In this document: positions 10,590 through 20,369 of the stretch, one piece after another
Numbering within the stretch: the first letter of the stretch is position 1
How the letters are laid out: every line of letters starts with the position of its first letter
Origin: Bryobacterales bacterium
Lineage (GTDB): Bacteria; Acidobacteriota; Terriglobia; Bryobacterales; UBA6623
Reading direction: 5' to 3'
Length of the DNA: 64,000 nucleotides
NCBI GenBank assembly: GCA_963422375.2
Contig: OY729428.2
Coordinates: 32,001-96,000 of the forward strand
Made by a program: the position numbers and the translations under genes
Notes under the pieces: model-generated
Database searches by the model: none
Told to the model about the DNA's origin: nothing
The model's input: the letters and a program-made list of their open reading frames with translations, nothing else

Positions 10590-11108
10590 ATGGCGCTGTT
10601 CTTCACCGCTGTCGCCACCGTGGGCGGGATAGTGTTCTGGGTTCACCGGATGGTGACTAAGTCACAGAAGGAAGCACTGGAGGCGAATCGCAAGGAGATC
10701 CGGTCTCTTGCAGATCACTTTCAGAAGGCCGAGGAGCGGCGTCAGGCAGACGCTCAGGAATTGCGCTCAAGAATCGAAGACCTCCGCTCCGAGATCAAGG
10801 GTGTCGAGGCATCCCTCCGAGGCGAAATCAAGAGTGTTGAGAGGGGTATGGCCGAAGGCCACCGGGACCTGTCGCAACAGGTCCAAGCGAACGCTGCTGC
10901 GGTGAACCAAGTGACCGGCGAAATCAGGCACATCCCGCGAATCGAGCAACGGCAGGCACAGCAAGAGCGTGAATTGGGTTGGCTGACTCGATCAGTCCGC
11001 AGCGAGCATATGCCGCCTCGGGCGGCCGATACGGGTTCCCGCCACGAAGCCTCGGAACCGACCCGTATCGCGGCGCAATCGACGCCGCCGGACCAAGGCG
11101 ACAACTGA
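10590..11108 (+). CDS. Hypothetical membrane-anchored coiled-coil protein
   Basis: Hydrophobic N-terminus (MALFFTAVATVGGIVFW) followed by heptad-like repeats LRSEIKGVEASLRGEIKSVE. Lower GC than flanks. Start uncertain. Confidence 0.6.
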   Translation: MALFFTAVATVGGIVFWVHRMVTKSQKEALEANRKEIRSLADHFQKAEERRQADAQELRSRIEDLRSEIKGVEASLRGEIKSVERGMAEGHRDLSQQVQANAAAVNQVTGEIRHIPRIEQRQAQQERELGWLTRSVRSEHMPPRAADTGSRHEASEPTRIAAQSTPPDQGDN

Positions 11109-11327
11109 GCTTCGAGCGCAGGGAGCCGCCGTCGCGAACTCACGGCCCCGCCGGGCACGGACCCCTTCTGGGTAGTGCGCAGGTCTAATGCCCCCGGCTG
11201 CCGATGCGTGCGCGGAAAATCAGGCAGCGCGTTCCGCCCGGCCCGCCCGTTCCGCCGGCGACACACACGTTCTTCAGGCTCTCGCTCCGGTGAACGGGGC
11301 ACGCGGCCGCCGCGCCAATCCGATACG

Positions 11328-12089
11328 ATGGATTTTTCGTTGGCCGAGACCCCTGACACCTTAGTGAGTTACCCGAAGAGAGCGGTCGTGCTCGCGGCCG
11401 GGCGCGGAACGCGCATGAAGTCGCTCACCGACGACTGCCCCAAGCCAATGCTCCCGCTGGCGGGGCAGCCCATGCTGGCACACCAGATGGAACGCTTCGC
11501 GAGAGCCGGGATAGAGAGAGCCTGCATCGTCGTCGGCTACCGCGGCGAGATGATCCGCGAGTACTTCGCGACGCACCCTCCGGCGGGCATCGAGCTGGAG
11601 TACGTGGTCCAAGCTGCACCGGACGGCACGGGCAGCGCGGCGCTGCTGGCGCGCGAATTCGCGGGATCGGGCCGGTTCCTCCTCACGTTCGGCGACATTC
11701 TCGTCGACTCTCAGGTCTATGTCAGCCTCTTCGGACTGTCCGACGGGGCGGAAATAGCGCTGGCAGTCGCTCGGGTGGACGACCCCTACCGCGGGGGCGC
11801 CGTGTACGCCGAAGGCGGCCGGGTCACGGGAATCGTCGAAAAGCCGCCGAGGGGAACGTCGGCCACGAGCTTCGTGAGCGCGGGCGTGTACGTCTTCGGG
11901 CGCGGGATTTTCGCTGAACTCGAGCGATTGACTCCCTCCGTCCGGGGAGAGTACGACCTGACGGACGCAATCCAAGCCACCATTCGTGGCGGGAAGCTAG
12001 TGCGCTGCCTCGAGGTGCCGGGCTTCTGGCGCGACGTGGGTCGCCCGGAAGACCTCGAGCCCGCCAGCGACTTCGTCAGACAATCATGA
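11328..12089 (+). CDS. Sugar-phosphate nucleotidyltransferase family protein
   Basis: AVVLAAGRGTRMKSLTDDCPKPML, EKP, GEYDLTDAI, WRDVGRPED. ATGA overlap with the next gene. Confidence 0.9.
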   Translation: MDFSLAETPDTLVSYPKRAVVLAAGRGTRMKSLTDDCPKPMLPLAGQPMLAHQMERFARAGIERACIVVGYRGEMIREYFATHPPAGIELEYVVQAAPDGTGSAALLAREFAGSGRFLLTFGDILVDSQVYVSLFGLSDGAEIALAVARVDDPYRGGAVYAEGGRVTGIVEKPPRGTSATSFVSAGVYVFGRGIFAELERLTPSVRGEYDLTDAIQATIRGGKLVRCLEVPGFWRDVGRPEDLEPASDFVRQS

Positions 12090-14311
12090 TCACGGACCCG
12101 ACGAGGTTGCTGGCGACGGCAGGTCGCGGCATCGAGGCACTCGATCTCCCGCCAGAAATCAGGTCCTCGACCCTGGCCAACCTGGAGGACTGGGTCCATG
12201 CCGACAAGTTCGCCGGTTTGATCTCCCCCGGCGACTACTCCCCCATCCTGCGCTGGATGGTCGACGCGGAAGAGTTCGACCTGTTGGCCGACAGCTTCTA
12301 CCAGGTCATCCCCTTCGGCACGGGAGGCCGCCGGGGACCCGTCGGCGTGGGGCCGAACCGGATCAACCCCTACACGATCGCGTCTTCGGTGCAGGGGCAC
12401 GTCAAGTACCTGCGTCGGCGCCTGCCTTCGGTCGACGCCTTGAAGGTCGTCATCGCCTACGACGTGCGCCGCTTCCACGACTTGCGCGGCACCTACCCTC
12501 CCAGTCTGGAGAATCCGCTGCTCGGACTGAGCTCGGAGGATCTGGCGCGAATCGCCGCGTCTGTCTACGCCGCGTCCGGCGTGACGGTGCTGACCGTGCC
12601 GCCAGGGGGCGACTACATCTCGACACCGGAGCTATCGTTCCTGATCCGGCATCTCGGAGCCCACGGCGGCGTGAACGTCAGCGCCTCGCACAATCATCCC
12701 GACGACAACGGCAGCAAGTTCTACAACGGCGAGGGCGGCCAGGAGATTCCGCCCGACGACGAGGAGCTCGCCTCGATCGTGTCCCAGGTCCGCCGGATTC
12801 GCGTCGCGAGCCGGATCGAGGTGCAGTCGTCCGGTCTGGTCCGCGGCGTCCCGGCCGGCGCGAGGCGCGCCTACATCGACATGAACCTGCGGCTTGCGAC
12901 GCGGAACGGGTCGCGGGCCGGTCGGTTCGCCTTTACCAGCCTGCACGGTACCGGGGTCAGCACGGTGGGCCGCTGCCTCGAGGAAATGGGCTACGTACGG
13001 GACCGCCATCTCTTCCTTGTCGAGAAGCAGTGCGAGTTCCGGAGCGACTTCCGGCATGTCATGTTCCGGAGCCCGAATCCGGAGGTCCCCGAGACACTGG
13101 CGCTGGGCATCGAGCGAGCGCGGCAAGTCGGGGCCGATCTCCTGCTCGCCACCGACCCCGACGCCGACCGGCTGGGCGGAGCCGCCAAGGACGGCGACCG
13201 GTACCGGTTCGTGACCGGAAACGAGTTCGCGACGATCCTCGCGCGCTACCGGCTGGAGTCGCTCGCGGCTGTCGGCCGCCTGCCCGAACGCCCGCTGGCC
13301 ATTAAGACGGCGGTCACGACGAACTTGGTCCGCAAGCTCGTGGAGTCCAAGGGCGGCGTCGTCGTCGGCGACCTTCTGGTGGGATTCAAGTACGTGGCCG
13401 CGGTGCTCGGATCGATCGAGCGCACCGGCAGGTTCCGCGACCTGCGCGCCTCGCTGGGCGATTTCGTGCTGGCGGCCGAGGAGAGCCACGGCTTCATGCT
13501 GACGCCGGAAGTCCGTGACAAGGACGCTGCCGGCGCGGCAGTGATCCTCGCGGAACTGACTTCCGCTCTCCGGGAACGCGGGGAGTCCGTCTACGACTAC
13601 CTGATCGACACCTACAAGCGGTACGGCTATCACAGCAACGCGGTGCGATCCACGGTGATGAGGGGCGCCGCAGGATCGGCCAGCATCCGTAGGATCCAGC
13701 AGCTCCTGCGCGACGACCCGCCGGGGGCGATCGGGGGACGCGGAGTCTTGAGCGTCAATGACTTCTGGGACGAGTCGCGCTACGGACCGTTCCTCTCGCG
13801 AACGGACAGGAGCTCGAGGGACCTGATCAGCTATTCCCTCGAGGGAGGGATCAAGGCGACGATCCGGCCATCGGGGACCGAGCCCAAGAACAAGGTCTAC
13901 CTGGAACTCGCGGCACCGCCGCTGGGGGCGGCTGCCTCTCGCGAGGAGTTCGAGGCGCACCGGAACGACGTCGACCGCTCCGTCAAGGAGTTCTCGAACA
14001 GCTTTCTGTCGGACATGCTGGCTTTGATCGACGTGAGCGTCCCGGAATACGCGTTCGAGATCTCGGACCTAGTGGCCCTTCCCTGGAAGGTGGACTTCTG
14101 CGACCGCTTCCTACCCGAATTCGAGCGGCGGGCCGACTCGGTGCTGTCAGGGGACACCGACGACGCGGCGCTCGGCGCCTGGGTGGACGACGCATTGCGA
14201 CCGTACGGGCCAGACGCCCGCGTCCTCGTCAGGCGCGGGTTCGAGGCGTACGCAGCGGCGACCGCTCCGTCGCCCCGGCTGGCCGTGCAGCGGCCCATCT
14301 TCGAACCCTAG
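12086..14311 (+). CDS. Phosphoglucomutase/phosphomannomutase family phospho-sugar mutase
   Basis: FGTGGRRG, SASHN (phosphoserine loop), DPDADR (metal), EESHG, RPSGTEPK. Confidence 0.92.
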   Translation: MITDPTRLLATAGRGIEALDLPPEIRSSTLANLEDWVHADKFAGLISPGDYSPILRWMVDAEEFDLLADSFYQVIPFGTGGRRGPVGVGPNRINPYTIASSVQGHVKYLRRRLPSVDALKVVIAYDVRRFHDLRGTYPPSLENPLLGLSSEDLARIAASVYAASGVTVLTVPPGGDYISTPELSFLIRHLGAHGGVNVSASHNHPDDNGSKFYNGEGGQEIPPDDEELASIVSQVRRIRVASRIEVQSSGLVRGVPAGARRAYIDMNLRLATRNGSRAGRFAFTSLHGTGVSTVGRCLEEMGYVRDRHLFLVEKQCEFRSDFRHVMFRSPNPEVPETLALGIERARQVGADLLLATDPDADRLGGAAKDGDRYRFVTGNEFATILARYRLESLAAVGRLPERPLAIKTAVTTNLVRKLVESKGGVVVGDLLVGFKYVAAVLGSIERTGRFRDLRASLGDFVLAAEESHGFMLTPEVRDKDAAGAAVILAELTSALRERGESVYDYLIDTYKRYGYHSNAVRSTVMRGAAGSASIRRIQQLLRDDPPGAIGGRGVLSVNDFWDESRYGPFLSRTDRSSRDLISYSLEGGIKATIRPSGTEPKNKVYLELAAPPLGAAASREEFEAHRNDVDRSVKEFSNSFLSDMLALIDVSVPEYAFEISDLVALPWKVDFCDRFLPEFERRADSVLSGDTDDAALGAWVDDALRPYGPDARVLVRRGFEAYAAATAPSPRLAVQRPIFEP

Positions 14312-14459
14312 TCCATCCGTCCGCCGCCCGGGCGGCGACAGCGGGCGGTCTCCGGAGCGCGGCGGACGATGCGCTGGCCGCCGACCGTCTCGCACCTTAC
14401 GCTGAACGGGACTACAATGGGATGGTTCTGGGCACAGGCATGCGGGGATCGCTTCGAGT

Positions 14460-14549
14460 GGAGAGGTGGCCGAGCGGCTTAAGGCGCACGCTTGGAAAGC
14501 GTGTTTAGGGGAAACTCTAACGAGGGTTCGAATCCCTCCCTCTCCGCCA
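14460..14549 (+). tRNA. tRNA-Ser (anticodon GGA)
   Basis: GGAGAGG/CCTCTCC acceptor stem, CACGC-TTGGAAA-GCGTG anticodon arm, long variable arm, GTTCGAATC T-loop, encoded CCA. TACAAT -10-like box at 14413-14418. Confidence 0.97.
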
Positions 14550-14827
14550 TGCCGGAGACGCGCCGCTCGCGGCGGCGTCCGCGAACCGTCGGCGGTCCGC
14601 GCAAGCTCGCTGAGCCGTCCGTTCCGCCACGGGGAATCGGAGCGCGGGATTCCTCCTCGGCCCCAATCACGGCCGCGGCGGGCCGGCCAACGGACCTAGC
14701 GGAGATCGCAGGCCGAGCGCATCCGGTCGCAAGCTGCCGGCAGCCCGATAGAGCGGCGCGCGCCTCGATCTTCGGCCTGCTGGCACGGTTGGCGTTCTCG
14801 GGTCAAACGAGATGCTAGAGTGTACTT

Positions 14828-14945
14828 ACAGTCCCCGGGTTTTTTCGGTGTACCCGGGTCTGCAGAGGAGGGAGCGGGGTTTCCTGCCCCTCCTCGTCTC
14901 TCTCGATTCCCCCCATCCCGGCCGGGGGCTTCGCGGGGGACGCTA
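14828..14945 (+). ncRNA. Candidate structured small RNA (unassigned)
   Basis: Extended -10 TGCTAGAGT at 14813-14821. Hairpins at 14834-14858 and 14865-14895. GTCCCC (14831) is complementary to GGGGAC (14936). No credible ORF. Confidence 0.3.
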
Positions 14946-15108
14946 ATTCGGCCTCTCTTCGAACAGATCGCGCCCTCGACTGGCCTACGGAGGGCGAACC
15001 TGTCGTGGGGACCGACGCGGCCGTCGGGCGGTTCGCCGGGGGGTTGACCGGATCGAGCGCCGCGGCCGGATGCCCTGCGGGGAGCCGGCCTTCGTCGGGC
15101 GGAGGGTC

Positions 15109-16107
15109 TCAGAGCCGGTACGCGCGCGAAGCGCTGTCGTGGAAAAGGTCGTCCCTCTCGGCCTCTGTCGCCTCGGCGGCGATCTTCTTGAATGCGTTCC
15201 AGAGCACGTGATACGAGCAGCTCCGCCTGTCGACGGGGAAGTTGCTCTCGAACATGCACCTGCGGGGCCCGAAGGCTTCGATGGCGTAGCGGTGGTAGCG
15301 CCCGGTGGCCTCGACGATCTCGTCGGAGGTCGCCGGCCGGTCGCGCTTGTGGAACCCGAACCCGTTGACCGGCATGACGGCTCCGCCGAGCTTGGCGTAG
15401 ACATTCTCGCAGCGCGCCAGCTCGCTTACGTCCCGCCGCCACCTTTCGAAGATCTCGTCGCGCTTGCCCCGGTAGGGCCCGATGCCGAGCGGGCCGCCGA
15501 AATGATCGAACACGATCAGCGTGTCGGGGAAGGCCCTCGCCAGATCCGTCAGCTCGGGGATCTGGCGGTGGAAAAGCCAGGCGTCGAAGCTCAGGCCGCG
15601 CCTGCGGAGTTCCGCGAAGCCTTCTCGGAACACGGCGTCGAGCAGCAGTCGGGCGGGAGGGTTGCTGTGCGAGTTGCGCACCTCGTCGCTCGGATCCCAC
15701 CCGACCGCGTGACGAACCCCGCGAAACCGCGAGCTGGCCGCCAAGTGCGCGTCGAGGACCTCGCCGACCGCCGCTCCTAGCGTCAAGTCGGCATGGCCGA
15801 CGATCCCGAGGCAGGCCCGCGTGGAACCGTATCGGCCGCTGGCGCACATCGCAGCCGCCCCGTTGGCGAACTCAGTCTCCCCGACCGGCCGCAGAGACTC
15901 GGGTCCGTCCGCCCGGTACATGCTCATGCACTCGACGAACACCGTGCTGGCGATGTTGTGACCGCTTCCGGTGTCCGCGAGCAGCTCGTCCAGCAAGTAG
16001 CGGCTGCCGGGGTGATCCCACAAGTGATGGTGCGGATCGCAGATCCGCCGCTCCGGCTCGATAATTTCCTCGCTGACCCGCGCCAGCCAGTCCCGACTTG
16101 CTGACAC
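15109..16107 (-). CDS. Amidohydrolase family protein (amidohydro_2-like)
   Basis: ICDPHHHLWD, FRGVRH, VFDHFGGP, RCMFESNFPVD. Probable GTG start at 16107. Confidence 0.88.
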   Translation of the reverse strand: MSASRDWLARVSEEIIEPERRICDPHHHLWDHPGSRYLLDELLADTGSGHNIASTVFVECMSMYRADGPESLRPVGETEFANGAAAMCASGRYGSTRACLGIVGHADLTLGAAVGEVLDAHLAASSRFRGVRHAVGWDPSDEVRNSHSNPPARLLLDAVFREGFAELRRRGLSFDAWLFHRQIPELTDLARAFPDTLIVFDHFGGPLGIGPYRGKRDEIFERWRRDVSELARCENVYAKLGGAVMPVNGFGFHKRDRPATSDEIVEATGRYHRYAIEAFGPRRCMFESNFPVDRRSCSYHVLWNAFKKIAAEATEAERDDLFHDSASRAYRL

Positions 16108-16179
16108 TCGACTACTCCCGCCCGCGTGACGGCGCAGGTTGACCGGAGGATGGCCTCGCGGCACGCGCGTCCCGGAGCG

Positions 16180-17190
16180 TCATCGCGGCAGCCCGCTCGC
16201 CTCGATCGTGAACGGCAGCGTGCTGACCCGCCCCTTGCGCCGGACCTGCACCCAGACGCGGTACATGCCCGGCTCGGGGAAGATCACGTTCATCTGAATC
16301 CGTCGGCCTCCGTCCGCGATGCTCGGATGGCCGTGGATCATTGTGACCAGGTCGTCCTTCACAGCCAGCATGTGCGCCCACGCGCCGAGGAACTTCTGCA
16401 GGCCGCGCGCGGTGTTCAGCTCGAAGAACAGCAGGGTCAGCAGACCCGCCACGGGTCGCTCTGGCTCCGTCCGCAGCAAGACCCTCACGTTAGCGCCGTC
16501 CTTCGGCTCCAGGTCCGGCCGCAGGTCCGCCTTGAGCGCCTGCAGCGGGCGTTCGAAACCGCGGGTCGTCAGCGTCATCGGAACCATCTGCGGCGTGCCG
16601 CCGGAAGGATAGAAATCGCCCATCAAGCGGTAGCTGCCCGGCCGCTCGAACGTGGCTTCGATGCGAAAGATCCCGTCGCTGCCCAGCTCGGGATGCTCGT
16701 GCCGGAAGTCCTCCAGGTCGTGGCTGACCCAGAAGAGGTGGAACAGCTTCTCGTGAACCGCCAGGAATTCCGTCTGACGCTCGCCCGAGACAGGCTGCAG
16801 CACCTCGAACTCGAGTCTCGCCGGCACGCCCGGGTCGACCGCCCCCGGCACCGTGCGGAGCAGGACCGGAAACTCCCCGGGCGAGGCGAGGCCGAGCACC
16901 AGCCTCATGCCGCAGCGCGAGCAGGTCCCCGCGATCCGGGAGCGGATGTCCGGATCCATCGGGCACACGAAGGGCAGCGGGGCATACGGCGCCTCCTGGG
17001 CGCCGAGGGCGTCCGTGCGCTTCTGGCCTTCCAGCTCGCCGGACCCCGCCCCGAGCAGCAGCGCCCAGATCAGGCCTGTCGCGCAGCGCCGGCGACTGCT
17101 CGCCGGCAGAGCGCGACCCGGACCGGGGCGGCGCGACGAGCTGGCCGCCGGAATCACGCCGGCCGGGCCGGGCCGGGAGCCGCCGCTCAA
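16180..17190 (-). CDS. Exported protein with heavy-metal-binding domain (CPM..C..CGM) and duplicated His-containing beta domains
   Basis: FVCPMDP..GTCSRCGMRL; VHEKLFHLF..HEHP; GAWAHML..IHGHP. Start uncertain. Confidence 0.7.
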   Translation of the reverse strand: MSGGSRPGPAGVIPAASSSRRPGPGRALPASSRRRCATGLIWALLLGAGSGELEGQKRTDALGAQEAPYAPLPFVCPMDPDIRSRIAGTCSRCGMRLVLGLASPGEFPVLLRTVPGAVDPGVPARLEFEVLQPVSGERQTEFLAVHEKLFHLFWVSHDLEDFRHEHPELGSDGIFRIEATFERPGSYRLMGDFYPSGGTPQMVPMTLTTRGFERPLQALKADLRPDLEPKDGANVRVLLRTEPERPVAGLLTLLFFELNTARGLQKFLGAWAHMLAVKDDLVTMIHGHPSIADGGRRIQMNVIFPEPGMYRVWVQVRRKGRVSTLPFTIEASGLPR

Positions 17191-18074
17191 GGGCTATCGA
17201 CCTCCTCGAAGAAGCCGCCCATCGCGCGGAACTTCTCGTAACGGTGCTCCACGAGATCCTCTCCCGACATGCCGGCCAGAGACGCCAGGCTGCGCTCGAT
17301 GGCGTCGCCCAGCGAGGCTGCCGCGCCGTCCGGGGAATTCTGAGCCCCTCCAGGCGGCTCGGGCACGATCTCGTCCACCAAGCCCAGCTTCTCGAGATCC
17401 CCGGCTGTCAGCTTCAGCGCCTCGGCCGCCAGCTCGGCCTTGCCGGAATCCCTCCATACGATCGCGGCGCAGCTCTCCGGGGAGATCACGCTGTACACCG
17501 AGTTCTGCATCATCAGCACGCGATTGCCGACGCCCAAGGCCAGCGCCCCGCCGCTGCCACCCTCCCCGATGCAGGCAGCGACCAAGGGCACGGAAATAGT
17601 GGCCATCTCGTAGAGGTTGCGCGCGATCGCCTCGGCTTGGCCGCGCTCCTCGGCGTCCATGCCCGGGTAAGCGCCGGGGGTGTCAAGCAGCGTGACCACC
17701 GGCCGACCGAACTTCTCCGCCAGCTTCATGGCGCGCAGCGCCTTGCGGTAGCCCTCGGGCTTCGGCATGCCGAAGTTCCTGTGCAGCTTCTCCTCCGTGC
17801 GCCGCCCCTTCTCCTGGCCGATTACCATGACCGGCAGGCCGCGCAGGAAGCCGAAGCCGCACACCACGGCAGGATCGTCGCCGAACGCCCGGTCCCCGTG
17901 GATTTCGTGGAAGCGCTCGATCAGGCGCTCGATGTAGTCGAGCGCATGGGGCCGCTGCGGATGGCGGGCCAGCTGGACCACCTCCCACGCGGCAGGCCCC
18001 GCGCCCGCGGGGGGAAGCGCGCGCTGTTTCCGGCCGCCCGGCTCGCCGTCAGTCTGCGCACCTAGCTCGGCCAT
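17187..18074 (-). CDS. accA: Acetyl-CoA carboxylase carboxyltransferase alpha subunit
   Basis: VQLARHPQRP, HGDRAFGDD, NFGMPKPEGYRKALR, DTPGAYPG..AEERGQ, GEGGSGGAL. Confidence 0.96.
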   Translation of the reverse strand: MAELGAQTDGEPGGRKQRALPPAGAGPAAWEVVQLARHPQRPHALDYIERLIERFHEIHGDRAFGDDPAVVCGFGFLRGLPVMVIGQEKGRRTEEKLHRNFGMPKPEGYRKALRAMKLAEKFGRPVVTLLDTPGAYPGMDAEERGQAEAIARNLYEMATISVPLVAACIGEGGSGGALALGVGNRVLMMQNSVYSVISPESCAAIVWRDSGKAELAAEALKLTAGDLEKLGLVDEIVPEPPGGAQNSPDGAAASLGDAIERSLASLAGMSGEDLVEHRYEKFRAMGGFFEEVDSP

Positions 18075-18141
18075 GGAGGCGAACGCCCCAATTGTACCCG
18101 AGCGGACTCGGGCAGCCGCCGCTCGGCGCGGGGCGCGCAAG

Positions 18142-20325
18142 TCAGCACGGAAGGCTCCGGTATTCCGGCCGTCCCTCCTCGATGGCGATGAAGCGGTCGA
18201 CCGGAACGTTCCGGAATCGCTGGGTCAGGCCGGAGGCCGGCCAGTGGACCTCTAGCACCTCGATTCGATCCGCGCGCCCCAGTCCGAGATGCTGCCGGAG
18301 CGGATTGGCTCCGAAGCTGCCCCCGCTATTGACCCACTTGTAGATCGCCCTGCTCTCGCCTCCCTCCGTGACCTCGGCCCGGATCCTGGCGCCAAATCCC
18401 GGATCGGTTCGACCGCGTGCCGGTCAACTGCACCGCGATCCAGCGGTTGCCGAAGCCCGGGTTCTCGAACAGGGCGTTCGCGTAGGGGTCGCCGGCGTAG
18501 GCGCCTCCCAGTTCGACGAAGAGGTCCTGGTCACCGTCGTGATCGAAGTCCGCGAAGACAACGTCGTGCCCCTTCTGGAGGTGGCCGACGCCGGGCGCGA
18601 AGGTCACGTCGGCGAAGCGGCTCCCGCCTTCGTTGCGGAACAGCAGGTTCGGCATCAGCCCCTCGTAGGCCGGATAGCCTGTTCCCAGGCAGTAGTCCTG
18701 GAAGCCGTCGTTGTCGAGGTCGCCGAAATTGGCCCCCATCGGCTGCGTGATCCTAGCCACGCCCGTCTCGACCCCCACCTCCTCGAAGCCCCCGCTCCCG
18801 TCCCCGCGGTAGAGCCTGTCCGCTTCCGTCCTGAGCGCGGGCAACCCCAGGTAGGTCGCCGCCACGTCGGCGACGTCCCACTCGTAGCCCGCCGCGTACA
18901 GGTCGAGCGCGCCGTCGTTGTCGTAATCCCAGAACCAAGCCGGGAAGCTGCGCAGCGGGAGGTCGACCCCGAGGCCGGGGGCGACGTCGCGGAACGCACC
19001 GTCTCCGTCGTTGCGGTAGAGCCTGTTCGGCCCGCCGAAATTCGACAGGTACAGGTCCGGGTCGCCGTCTCCGTCGTAATCCCCCCAGACCGCGGCCTTG
19101 GCGAAGTCGTCATTGGTCACGCCGGACTCGCGGGCCAGGTCCTCGAACGTCCCGTCGCCACGATTCCGGAACAGCTGGCTCGGGGCGTGCTCGTTCGCCA
19201 CGTACAGGTCCAAGTCGCCGTCGCTGTCGTAGTCAGCCCACGCGGCCGCCTGCGTTGGAAAGTGCCGTGCGGCGAGACCGGCCTCCCATGTCACGTCGCG
19301 AAACCGGCCCCCGCCGACGTTCCGCAGCAGGGAGTTCGGGTACTGGCGCCCGGCCCGCTCGAGCCACGCTCCCCTCAGCACCAAGACGTCGACGTTGCCG
19401 TCGTTGTCGTAATCGGCCTGAGCCAGGTTGAGACCGCCGTGCAGGCCCGCGAGCCCGGCTCTCTTGGTCCGGTCGTCGAACGTGCCGTCCCCTCTGTTGC
19501 GAAAGTAGCGCAGCTGCCCGCCCGGACTCCAGTCGGAGACGATAAGGTCCAGCCACCCGTCGCCGTCGAAATCGTCCGCGACCGCGCCGCCGCTCAGGCT
19601 GACGAGGGCGAGGCCTCGCTCGGCCGCGGTCTCGCGAAACCGGGGGAAGTCCGCATCCGGCTCGAACCGCTCCGCCGGGATCGCCACCGAGCCGGGAAGC
19701 GCCGCCGGATGCTCGCCGATCACCATCGGGCCATGTTGGCGAGCCATCGCGCGGCAAGGTGTCCCGGCTCCCTCTCGAGCACCTCGGCGAGATAGCGCAC
19801 GGCTGCCCGCGCGCCGGCCTGCTCGCGGTGAATCCCCCCGGACCGGATAGGCAGCACGCAGCTGTCGGGATGCCGGTGACGGATGCAGTTCTGCGTCTCC
19901 CCGAGCCGCAGGTGCGCCAGCCCGAGCTGGAACGTCACCTCGGTGTCGCGCCCCTCGGCGAGCTCGTACGCCTCCAGCAGGCGCTCCGCAGCCGCCCGGT
20001 TGTTGCCGAGCCGCAGGTCGTCCCTGCCCACGGCGAGGCTGAGCCGCAGGCGAAGACCGGCAGGCGCGTCCGGCGGGAGCGACTCCAGCTCGGCGCGCTC
20101 GGCGGCATGCACTTCCCCGCCTGTGTAGACGTTCTCGGTCGCGCTGCGCTCGCGCGCCCGAGCCAGCCACCGGAGCATGAGATCGTGACCGTCCGGCGGG
20201 CCTGCGGGGTCGGGGCGGACCCGTGCCGGGGACGATTGCGGCTGGGCCCGGGCGGCGCTGTCCGGGCCCGCGGCCGCGAGCCAGAGAAGCTGCGCTACGC
20301 AAGCCGCCATTGGAATCCGGCCCAT
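18142..20325 (-). pseudogene. CRTAC1/ASPIC-UnbV family (TPR + FG-GAP repeats), two frameshifts
   Basis: Repeated DYDNDGxxDL motifs, GETQNCI..SCVLPI, GHLQKGH. One base missing near 19728 (RWLANMA/MVIGEHP). One extra T near 18394 (SNRSGI/GARIRAEV..GGSFGANPL..HLGLG), stop at 18142. Confidence 0.85.
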
Positions 20326-20369
20326 CGTCCCGGGGGCTTCGCGAGCGCCCGATCTAGTATATTTCCGGG

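Noticed and set aside
14550..14810. SRP RNA after tRNA-Ser
   Set aside because: The conserved CAGG..GGAAG..AGCAG domain IV is absent.
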